From: Squalus acanthias
Taxonomy: Eukaryota
Direction: 5' to 3'
Assembly (NCBI GenBank): GCA_030390025.1
Contig: JASTWF010000336.1
Location: 310,001-374,000 of the forward strand
Length of the DNA stretch: 64,000 nt
Shown here: piece after piece, positions 1 to 11,370 of the stretch
How positions within the stretch are numbered: position 1 is the stretch's first letter
How the letters are laid out: every line of letters begins with the position of its first letter
Translations under genes and position numbers: made by a program
Notes under the pieces: model-generated
Told to the model about the DNA's origin: nothing
The model's input: only the letters and a program-made list of their open reading frames with translations
Database searches by the model: none

Positions 1-1641
1 CAGTGTTATTGTCTGAACTCACTGCAGTACAGCGGCACTCAGATTCTCCACACCAGGTGTGTAGGACGGTTCTATAGTAAGTTATCAGCATCCAGACACA
101 TCCCAAACCCAGCACTGGACCATGAATGGGACCACCCGATTGGCACAGTCTAGATTTATATCTCCCATTCCCATGGGGCTACCTGTGAAATTCTGAATTG
201 CTTCCTGGAATAATTCCATAGGTAGCTGGGCTGTACAACAATTATTTTCAATCTACTGAAACCGAGTTGAGGGCCTGTGTAGTTAACAGAAAGTCACAGA
301 GCCCGGATCCTGACTTATCTGAGGGAGCGACAATGTATCTCTCGATCACCAGGAACTCGGTTCTGGAGAACTCAACACACCGAAACAAAATAACCCATTT
401 TTGAAATGTGTTCTTTCACATTTCTCACCTGGTGCCTGCAATAGATGCACTTTGTGAAACTCCTCACATCCTCACTGTCAGGCTGTGTTTCCACTGTTCC
501 CTGTCCAAGAACAACAGACACAGTGAGATTGGAATTGAATCAGGAACATTCACTACTGATTTGGGGGAAGAAATCAGCAATGATTTGAAAGAGCGAGGTG
601 CTTTACTTTCTATGATACCTTACACTGTCCACACACAGCCCGAGAATGGCCACTCCCTTCCCCCACTCACTCCATGTTCTGGAACTAGTTCCTTCTCCAC
701 TCTCCCTCTTAAAATCTGCCCCGATGGCCATTGAACTTACCCCGACTGAATTGTGTAATTTACAGTCTCTCGTAATGTACTATTCTTGCTCTGTGTGACT
801 GTTGGATGCCATTCTTTCTCCACCTTGTGCAGGGGAATGCTATTTTGAGATTATCTGAGACTGAATCAGGAGGAGGTTTAGTTCAGTCCATTACCTCCGA
901 TTCTCTGGTCTTGTCTGTTAGTTGTTGGGTTTGACAGTCTGTGTACAGCCAGCAGTGTGGATTCACACCTTATCAGTGTCTATCTGTTCGTGAGTGTGTG
1001 TGAGGGAGTGAAAATAGATCTGTCTGTCATTGCGATATGATTGGACTTTGAAACAACATCTTATTCTACTGCTGCAAGTGACTGTGGGATTCATAATGTT
1101 ACTCTGGGAATTCAGATCACTGTGGGACTGACTGCTTCTGCTGCCTGTGATAATAGGATTGAGGCCAGTTCTGTGTCTCTCTGCTGTGTGAGTGATAATG
1201 TACTTACTGTGTGTGAGATGGAGCTGCCTGCACTGTTCCTTGTGTTCCAGGTGGAGGAAAGATCACATTTATTCTGGCTCATTGAAGTATTTTGCTAGGG
1301 ACTAATAAGAGAACAATATTAGTTATAAGATGTGGACAGGTGTCGGTAGAATATAAAAATAAAGTTATAATGAATGTGTCTGTTTATAATAAAGTAAAGT
1401 ATCTGGAGAGAGGAAACCGAGATACAAACAGTGTCATTGTCTGACCGCACTACAGTACAGCAGCACTCAGATTCTCCACACCAGGTGTGTAGGACGGTTC
1501 TATGGTAAGTTATCAGCATCCAGACACAACCCAACCCCAGCACTGGACCATGAATGGGACCACCCGATTGGCACTGTCCAGGTTTACATCTCCCATTCCC
1601 ATGGGACTACCTGTAAAATTCTGCATCGCTTCCTGGAATAT

Positions 1642-2620
1642 AACATAGAAACATAGAAGATAGGAACAGGAGTAGGCCATTCGGCCCCTCGAGCCTGTTC
1701 TGCCATTTAATGAGATCATGGCTGATCATCCAAATTCAGTACCCTGTCCCTGCTTTCTCCCCATATCCCTTGATCCCTTTAGCCTTAAGAAATGTATCTA
1801 ACTCCTTCTTGAATATATTTAATGAATTGGCCTCAACTGCCTTCTGTGGGAGAGAATTCCACAGGTTCACCACTCTCTGGGTGAAGAAATTCCCCCTCAT
1901 CTCAGTCCTGAATGGCTTACCCCTTATCCTTAGACTGTGACCCCTGGTTCTGTACTCCCCCGCCATCGGCAACATCCTTCCTGCATCTAGTCTGTCTGGT
2001 CCTGTTAGAATTTTATAAGTTTCAATGAGATCCCCCCTCATTCTTCTAAACTCTAGCGAATATAAGCCTAATCGACCCAATCTCTCTTCATACATTATTC
2101 CTGCCATCCCAGGTATCAGTCTGGTGAATCTTCGCTGCACTCCCTCCATGGCAAGAACATTCTTCCTCAGATAAGGCGACCAAAACTGCACACAATACTC
2201 AAGGTGTGGTCTCACCAAGGCCCTGTACAACTGCAGCAAGACATTTTTGCTCCTGTACTCGAATCCTCTCGCTATGAAGGCCAACATACCATTTGCCTTC
2301 TTAACCGCCTGCTGCACCTGCATGCTTACTTTCAGCGACTGGTGCACAAGGACACCCAGGTCTTGTTGCACTTCACCTTTTCCCAACCTATTGCCATTCA
2401 GATAATAATCTGTCTTCCTGTTTTTGCCACCAAAGTGGATAACCTCGCATTTATCTACATTATACTGCATCTGCCATGCATCTGCCCAATCACCCAAATG
2501 TCCAAATCATACTGGAGTTTCTCCGCATCCTCCTCACAGCACACACGCCCACCCAGCTTTGTGTCATCTGCAAACTTGGAGATATTACATCTAGTTCCCT
2601 CGTCTAGATCATTAATATAT
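1642..2620 (-). mobile_element. CR1-clade LINE, 5'-truncated 3' fragment
   Basis: ORF 1736-2497(-) is the CR1 ORF2 C-terminus (LYRALVRPHLEYCVQFWSPY...FFTQRVVNLWNSLP). KFADDTK lies upstream. The 3' UTR hairpin and (TTCTATGT)n tail are at 1642-1700. Confidence 0.93.
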
Positions 2621-3228
2621 TGTCTATCTGTCTATCTCTGGTATGTGAGTGTGGGTTTTCCTCTCTATCTGTCAGTCTGTCAATCTCAGTTACAGTATGT
2701 GATTGTGATTCTTTCTCCATCTGTCATTCTGTGAGTGATAATATACTTAACATGTGTGAGAAGGAGCTGCCTGCACTGTTCCTCGTGTTCCGCGTGGAGG
2801 AAAGAACACATTTATTTTGGCTCATTGAAGTACTTTGCTATGAGAATAACAATATGAGAACAATATTAGTTATACGATATGGACAGTTGTGTGTAGAATA
2901 TAAAGATAAAGTTATAATTAACGTATTTGTTTTCAATAAAGTAAAGTATCTGGAGAGAGGAAACCGTGATACAAACAGGGTTATTGTCTGACCTCACTGC
3001 AGTACAGCGGCACTCAGATTCTCCACATCAGGTGTGTAGGACAGTTCTATAGTAAGTTATCAGCATCCAGACACAACCCAAACCCAGCACTGGACCATGA
3101 ATGGGACCACCCGATTGGCACAGTCCAGATTTATATCTCCCATTCTCATTGGACTACCTATGAAGTTCCGGATGGCTTCCTGGAATATAACCACAGGTAC
3201 CTGGGCTGCACAAGCAATTGTTTTCAGT

Positions 3229-3900
3229 CTAAGGAGAGAAAACAGCGAGTTGTGGTAAATGGCTGTTTTTCAGACTGGAGGATGGCAGACAGTAGTGTTC
3301 CCCAAGGGTCAGTGCTGGGGCCACTGCATTTTTAATAGATATAAATGACCTGGATATTGGACTACAAAGTAGAATTTCTAAATTTGCAGATGACACCAAA
3401 CCTGGGGGCGTAGCAGACAGTGAGGTTGATACCAATCGACTGCAACAGGACATAGAAAGGCTAGCAGAATGGGCAGACAAGTGGCAGATGCAATTTAATA
3501 CAGAGAAGTGTGAGGTGATGCATTTTGGATGAAGGAACAGGGAGAGGCAATATCCACTTAATGGCACAGTTTTAAACAGTGTGCAGGGACAGAGGGACCT
3601 GGGAGTTACTGTGCATAGGTCCCTGAAGATGGCATGACATATTGAGAGAGTGGTTAGCAAAGCATATGGGATCTTGGATTTCATAAATAGAGGTATTGAG
3701 TACAAAAGTAGAGAAGTTATGCTGAATCTTTATAAAGCGCTGGTTAGGCCACAACTGGAGTATTGCATACAGTTCTGCTCACCACACTTTAGGAAGGATG
3801 TGAAGACCCTTGAGAGAGTGCAGAGAAGATTTACCAGAATGGTTATGGGGATGGGGGATCTTAGCTACAAGGACAGGTTGGAGAAGCTGGATTTGTTTTC
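3229..3900 (+). mobile_element. CR1-clade LINE internal fragment, decayed RT region
   Basis: Remnants of VPQGSVLGP, KFADDTK and LYKALVRPQLEYC with frameshifts and stops. No 3' tail. Confidence 0.88.
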
Positions 3901-4593
3901 TGATGTATCTGAGGGAGCGACAATGTATCTCCCGATCACCAGGAACACGGCTCTGGAGAACTCAACACACCGAAACAAAATAACCCATTTTTGAAATGTG
4001 TTCTTTCACATTTCTCACCTGGTGCCTGCAATAGATGCACTTTGTGAAACTCATCACAACCTCAGTGTCAGGCTGTGTTTCCACTGTTCACTGTCCAAGA
4101 ACAACAGACACGGTGAGATTGGAACTGAATCAGGAACATTCACTACTGATTCGGGGGAAGAAATCAGCAATGATTTGAAAGGGCGAGGTGATTTCCTTTC
4201 TCTATTACCTTACACTGTCCACACACAGCCCGAGAATGGCCTCTCCCTTCCCCCACTCACTCCATGTCCCGGAACTAGTTCCTGTTCCACTCTGCCTCTA
4301 ACAAACAGCCCCGACTCAAAGCCCATCTGCGGACACAGTCCCAGTGCGATGTGCTGCTGTGAGGACGCTGCTGTTTGCTCCCTTACTCGGGCCCGTGATA
4401 TCTCCGCTCCCTGATGTGTTCAACCATCATCAGCCGAGCACAGAGGAAACGGCCCCCGCTGGCAGAGCTGGGGGAGGGGAGCTCGCAGGGGCACTTCCCG
4501 TCGGTTCAAACACTGTGCGGGGAGAGGGGGAGGAGCAGGCAAGTGTTTATCACGCATGCTCAGACTTCTCTTCCGGACACCAATTAAATAAAG

Positions 4594-4712
4594 CAACAAC
4601 AACAAGAACTTGAATTTATATAGCGCCTTTAAGGGAATCAATCGTCCCAATGAGCATGACAGGAGCGTTATCAAAGAAACATTGACACCGAGACAGATAA
4701 GGAGATATTAGG
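4594..4712 (-). mobile_element. Probable L2-type LINE 3' end fragment
   Basis: caacaacaac...tttatatagcgcctttaa...aggagcgttatcaa resembles the reverse complement of a (TTG)n-tailed shark L2/SINE 3' end. Recognised from memory only. Confidence 0.5.
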
Positions 4713-4907
4713 AGAGGAGAAAGCCACTCTGGACTCACGTCAGTTGCTGCCAGTGAGTGTGAGAACGATGCGAATCCTGTCCCTGAGAGCGATTTGTTTC
4801 CCCAATACTGTATGGAAGGATGGAGAGGAACAGGCTTTGTGAATCTCTGACACTGAACTGCTGGTGACTGGAGAGTTTAATCAGTTTCTTCCTCTCCCCG
4901 CTGGGTG

Positions 4908-7900
4908 AAACATAGAAACATAGAAGATAGGAGCAGGAGTAGGCCATTCGGCCCCTCGAGCCTGCTCCGCCATTCAATGAGATCATGGCTGATCATCCAA
5001 ATTCAGTACCCTGTCCCTGCCTTTTTCCCATATCCCTTGATCCCTTTAGCCTTAAGAAATATATCTAACTCCTTCTTGAATATATTTAATGAATTGGCCT
5101 CCACTGCCTTCTGTGGTTGAGAATTCCACAGGTTCACCACTCTCTGGGTGAAGAAATTCTTCCTCATCTCTGTCCTAAATGGCTTACCCCTTTATCTTTA
5201 GACTGTGACCCCTGGTACTGGACTCCCCGACCATCGGGAACATGCTTCCTGCATCTAGTCTGTCGAGTCCTGTTAGAATTTTATAAGTTTCAATGAGATC
5301 CCCTCTCATTCTTCTAAACTCCAGTGAGCATAAGCCCAATCGACCCAATCTCTCCTCATACGTCATTCCTGCCATCCCAGGTATCAGCCTGGTGAATCTT
5401 CGCTGCACTCCCTCCATGGCAAGAACATCCTTCCTCAGATAAGGCGACCAAAACTGCACACAATACTCAAGGTGTGGTCTCACCAAGGCCCTGTACAACT
5501 GCAGCAAGACATCCTTGTTCCTGTATTCGAACCCTCTCGCTACGAAGGCTAACATACCATTTGCCTTCTTAACCGCCTGCTGCATCTGCATGCTTACCTT
5601 CAGCAACTGGTGCACAAGGACACCCAGGTCTCGTCTCCCCTTCTCCCAATCTATTGCCATTCAGATAATAATCTGCCTTCCCGTTTTTGACACCAAAGTG
5701 GACAACCTCGCATTTATTCACATTATAATGCATCTGCCATGATTCTGCCCAATCACCCAACCTGTCCAAATCATACTGGAGTTTTTTGGCATCCTCCTCA
5801 CAGCACATGCGCCCACCCAGCTTTGTGTCATCCGCAAACTTGGAGATATTACATCTCATTCCCTCGTCTAGATCATTAATATATATTGTGAATAGCTGGG
5901 GTCCTAGGACCGATCCCTGCGGTAACCCACTAGTCACTGCCTGCCACTCGGAAAAAGACCCGTTTATTCCAACTCTTTGCCTTCTGTCTGCCAACCAGTT
6001 CTCTATCCAAGTCAATACCTTGCCCCCAATCCCATGTGCCTTAACTTTACACGCTAATCTCTTATGCGGGACCTTATCGAAAGCCTTCTGAAAGTCCAAA
6101 TACACCAGATTCACTGGTTCTCCCTTATCTATTTTACCAGTAACATCTTCAAAAAATTCCAGTAGATTCGTCAAGCATGATTTACCTTTTGTAAATCCAT
6201 GTTGACTTTGTCCGATCCTGTCACTGTTTTCCAAGTACTCTGCTATTACATCTTTTATAATGTACTCCAGCATTTTCCCCACTACTGATGTCAGGCTTAT
6301 CGGTCTATAATTCCCCGTTTTCTCTCTACCACCTTTTTTGAATAGTGGGATAACATTAGCTACCCTCCAGTCCATGGGTATTGTTCCAGAATCTATTGAA
6401 TTTTGGTAGATGACCAGCAATGCCTCTATTATTTCTAGGGCCACTTCCTTAAGTACCCTAGGATATAGATTATCAGGCCCTGGGGATTTATCAGCCTTCA
6501 ATCCCGTCAATTTCGCTAACACCATTTCCCTACAAATACTGATTTCGATCAGTTCCTCCCTCTCATTAGACCCTATGTTCCCCGACATCTCTGGGAGGTT
6601 ACTTATGTCCTCCTTTGTGAAGACAGAACCAAAGTATGTATTTAATTGGGCTGCCATTTCTTTGTTCCCCATTATAAATTCACCTGATTCTGACTGCAAG
6701 GGACCTACATTTGACTTCACCAATCATTTTATCTTCACATATCTATTAAAGATTTTACAGTCAGTTTTTATGTTCCCTGCATGTTTACTCTCATACTCTA
6801 TTTTCCCCCTCTTAATTAATCCCTTTGTCCTCCTTTGCTGAATCCTAAACTGCTCCCAATCCTCAGGTTTACTGCTTTTTCTGGCCAATTTATATGTCCT
6901 CTCCTTGGATCTTATGCTATTCCAAATTTCCCTTGTTAGCCACGGTTGAGTCACCTTTTTTGTTTTATTTTTATGCCAAACTGGGATGAACAAATTCTGC
7001 AGTTCATCCATGCGATCTTTGAATGTTTGCCATTGCCTATCCACCATCAGCCCTTTGAGTAACATTCCCCAATCAATCCTACCCAACTCGCGCCTCATAC
7101 CATCGTAGTTTCCTTTATTTAAATTCAGGACCCTAGTCTCCGAGTCAACTACTTCACTCTCCATTTTAATGAAGAATTCTATCATATTATGATCGCTCCG
7201 ACCCAAGGGGCCTCGCACAACAAGATTGCTAATTAATCCTTTCTCATTACATAATACGCAGTCTAAGATGGCCTGATCTCTAGTTGGTTCCTCGACATAT
7301 TGGTCCAGGAAACCATCCCGTATACACTCCAGGAATTCCTCCTCCACAGTACAGTTACTAATTTGGTTAGCCCAATCTATATGTAAATTAAAGTCACCCA
7401 TGATAACTGCTGTGCCATTATTGCACGCTTCTCTAATTTCCCTTTTAATGCCATCCCCAACATCCGCATTACTGTTTGGGGGTCTGTATACCACTCCCAC
7501 TAACGTTTTCTGCCCCTTGGTATTTCTCAGTTCTACCCATACAGATTCCACATCATCAGAGCTAATAGCCTTCCTTACAATTGTGTGAATCCCCTCTTTA
7601 ACCAGCAATGCTACCCCACCTCCTTTTCCTTTTTGCCTATCTTTCCTGAATATTGAATACCCCTGGATGTTGAGTTTCCAGCCTTGGTCACCCTGCAGCC
7701 ATGTTTCCGTAATCCCAATCATATCATATTCGTTTACCTCTATTTGCGCAGCTAATTCATCCACCTTATTACGAATGCTCCTCGCATAAAGACACAAAGC
7801 CTTCAGGCTTGTTTTTTTAATGCTCTTAGACCTTTTCGAATTATTATTTACTGTGGCCATGTATGATTTAAACCCTTGATTTCTCTGACTGCCACCTTTG

Positions 7901-8180
7901 TTTTTCTCCTTCCTATCTTTTGCTTCTATCCTTGTTTCCCTTTTCTCTGTCTCCCTGCTCAGGTTCCCAACCCCCTGCTATTTTAATTTAAATCCTCCCC
8001 CAGAGCACTAGCAAACACTCCACCTAGGACATCGGTCCCGGTCCTGCTCAGGTGCAAACTGTCCGGTTTGTACTGGTCCCACCTCCCCCAGAACCGGTTC
8101 CAATGTCCCAGTAATTTGAATCCCTCCCCCTTGCACCATTCCTCTAGCCACGTATTCATCTGAAATATCCTTGATATGAG
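4908..8180 (-). mobile_element. CR1 LINE with ORF1 esterase C-terminus and disrupted ORF2 (APE endonuclease + RT)
   Basis: 7983-8201 encodes the end of ORF1 (NTWLEEWC...DSLHL...DLN*). 6724-7860 encodes the APE domain (ITETW, YRPP, GDFN, SDHN). There is an in-frame stop at 6724, RT in 5569-6723, a frameshift near 5640, and a microsatellite tail at 4908-4925. Confidence 0.95.
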
Positions 8181-11037
8181 TAGGCGACAGATACCAGACA
8201 AGTTCCCAGGCCTGTGCGACTGTCACCCCCTGTGTCTGTCTCTGTGCCTTGTGTACAGGATCAATCATCAGTCCCTCTATCCCCCAGCCCTGCCTGTTAT
8301 ATCTGGATAGATGCTTAACCTCTCAGTTTTCGGTCTATTGAGACCGAGTTCAGGGCATGTGTGGTGAACACAATGTCTCACTATTTCTGTGAATAATACT
8401 ATAATCTAAAAGCAGGCTAGGATCAACACAACCAAACTGTGACACATTCCTGCCCCTAAATCTCGGCAACAGAGAGTGCGTGGAACGCGTGGCTCAGAGT
8501 ACGAAGTTTAAGACTGATATTCTCTCTGGTTGCTGTCTGTCTCTCTCTCTGGTTGCTGTCTCTGGGTGTTGAGAATGGAATGCACAGGACACCATTTTCT
8601 CTGTTCTGTTCCTCAGTTTCGGAGGAGAGAGAGACAGAGAGAGGCTAGAGGGGCGGTGAGCTCATCATTTCTATTTTCATATAAATCAAACCTATTTCTG
8701 CCTGCGAACAAGATAATAACTTGAAAGCAGATACGGGTGAACACAGCCAGAGCTGTGATTGGCTCCTGCCCCTGAATCTGGGGAACAGACACTGTGAGGA
8801 GCGCCGACCTCAGAGTGTTTAACACTGACTGAGCTGAGAAACTCCAACTAACCCCGAGAATCGGCAGCACAGGCCGAGCGGAGAGGAAAACCTGTCCCGG
8901 GAACTGTAAATCTGGGAGCAGATTGTGCTGTGAATGAGCAGAGTGAGCATTGTGTCAGCGAGAGTGTGTTAAAGGGGCGGGCGGGTTAGACTAATGTCAC
9001 TGTGTTTGTGTGTCCGATCTAATCGACGGATTTCAGAGACCCTCTTGTGTAAAATTCAAAGATTTCACTGTCATAGGATCGCCCTGCCCCCCTGCTCAGC
9101 CCTGAAGTGGGAATTAAACGCGAAGTTTTATTTGATTTCAAATTTCAGCCGAAAAACAGCGAACATTTCCGCGATCGGGTGAGAGAGTGCGATCAGTGCA
9201 GCAATGAAACGGCTTTAAATCGAAATTGCTGCCTTGAATTCTGATGAAATTTTCTCGCCGGCAAACATCCCGGTCTTCGAGACAGAAAGAGGCCAGTCTG
9301 GGAATCTGGAGTACCCGAGTTTAATTGGAATCGGAGAGTTAATTCCATATTCCATATTCAATTAGAGGGTGAGAAGGTTGGATCTCAAACAAGCGTGCTA
9401 AGCTTGAATAAAGGAGACTATGAAGGTATGCGAGCGGAATTGACTAGAGTGGATTGGGAAAATAGATTAAAGGGTAAGACGACACATGATCAGTGGTGTA
9501 CATTCAAGGAGTTATTTTACAACTTCCAAAAAATATATATTCCACTGAAAAGAAAAGGGTGTAAAAGAAAGGACAGTCATCCGTGGCTAAGTAAAGAAAT
9601 TAAGGATAGTATTCGACTAAAAACAAGGGCATATAAGGGAGCGAAATCTAGTGGGAGGACAGAGGATTGGGAAAACTTTAAAAGGCAGCAAAAAATAACA
9701 AAAAGATTGATTAAGAAAGGGAAGATAGATTATGAAAGTAAATTAGCAAAAAATATAAAAACAGATAGTAAGAGTTTTTATAGTTATATAAAAAGAAAAA
9801 GGGTGGCTAAAATAAATGTTGGTCCCTTAGAGGATGAGACCGGGAAATTAATGTTGGGAAATATGGAGATGGCAAAAACACTGAATGAATATTTTGTATC
9901 AGTTTTTACAGTAGAGGACACTAAGAATATCCCAACACTGGACAAACAGGGGGCTATAGGGGGAGAGGAGCTAAACACGATCAAAATCACTAAGGAAGTG
10001 GTACTCGGTAAAATAATGGGACTCAAGGCGGATAAATCACCTGGACCTGATGGCTTACATCCTAGAGTCTTGAAGGAAGTGGCGGTAGGGATTGTAGATG
10101 CATTGGTAATAATTTTTCAAAACTCCCTGGATTCCGCTGAAGTCCCGGCAGACTGGAAAACTGCTAATGTAACACCCTTATTTAAAAAGGGCAGTAGACA
10201 GAAGGCTGGTAACTATAGACCGGTTAGCCTAACATCTGTGGTAGGTAAAATTTTGGAGTCCATTATTAAGGAAACAGTAACAGGACATTTGGATAATCAT
10301 AATTTAATAGGACAAAGTCAGCATGGTTTTACGAAGGGGAAGTCATGTTTGACAAATTTGCTGGAGTTCTTTGAGGAAGTAACATATAGAGTGGATAAAG
10401 GGGAACCAGTGGACGTAGTGTATTTAGACTTCCAAAAGGCATTTGACAAGGTGCCACACAAAAGATTATTGCTTAAGGTAAGAAATCACGGGATTGGGGG
10501 TAATATTCTGGCATGGATAGAGGATTGGCTATCCAACAGAAAGCAAAGAGTTGGGATAAATGGTTCATTCTCAGACTGGCAATCAGTAACTAGTGGTGTT
10601 CCACAGGGGTCAGTGCTGGGTCCCCAACTCTTTACAATCTATATTAACGATTTGGAGGAAGGGACCAAGTGTAACATATCAAAATTTGCAGATGATACAA
10701 AGATGGGAGGGAAAGTAGTGAGTGAGGAGGACATAAAAAACCTGCAAGGGGACATAGACAGGCTAAGTAAGTGGGCAGAGATTTGGCAGATGGAATACAA
10801 CACTGGAAAGTGTGAGGTGATGCACTTTGGCAGGAAAAATCCTAGAGCAATTTATTATCTTAATGGCAAGAAACTGGAGAGTACTGAAGTGCAAAGGGAT
10901 CTGGGGGTCCTGGTGCACGAAACTCAAAAGGTTAGTATGCAGGTGCAGCAAGTGATTAAGAAGGCAAATGGAATGTTGGCTTTCATTGCTAGGGGGATAG
11001 AATATAAAAATAGGGAGGTATTGCTTCAGTTGTACAA

Positions 11038-11370
11038 GGTACCAACGACGTAGCTAAAAAAAGGGAAGAGGTCCTACAAGTAGAATTTAGGGAGTTAGGA
11101 GCCAAGCTAAAAAGTAGGACCTCTAAGGTAGTAATCTCTGGATTACTACCAGTGCCACGTGCTAATAAGAGTACAGAGAACAGGATAGTTAGGCTAAATA
11201 CGTGGCTTGAGCAGTGGTGTAAGAGGGAGGGTTTTAAATTTTTGAGGCATTGGAACCAGTTTTGTGGTAGGTGTGACCTATACAAAAGGGACGGTCTACA
11301 CCTGTGCAAAGATGGAACTGATGTTCTCGGGTTAATTTTTGATAAAGCAGTTCAGGAGCATTTAAACTAG
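11038..11370 (+). CDS. CR1 ORF1 C-terminal SGNH/GDSL esterase-like domain, 5'-truncated
   Basis: GTNDVAKKREEVL...VVISGLLPVPR...LNTWLEQWC...DGLHL...HLN*. GTND and DGLH are SGNH-family blocks. Confidence 0.88.
   Translation, partial: GTNDVAKKREEVLQVEFRELGAKLKSRTSKVVISGLLPVPRANKSTENRIVRLNTWLEQWCKREGFKFLRHWNQFCGRCDLYKRDGLHLCKDGTDVLGLIFDKAVQEHLN

Larger units (their letters stand above)
1..4300. repeat. Degenerate direct repeats of a ~1.43 kb non-coding module, interrupted by CR1 fragments
   Basis: cagtgttattgtctga... at 1 recurs at 1429 and ~2977. 1190-1430 recurs at 2731-2980, 316-710 at 3905-4295, and 755-1060 at 41601-41905. Confidence 0.85.

Noticed and set aside
408..734. Similar ORFs at 408 and 3998 as a gene family
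   Set aside because: They start at GTG, have no recognisable domain and end at different points. The similarity follows from the DNA duplication.
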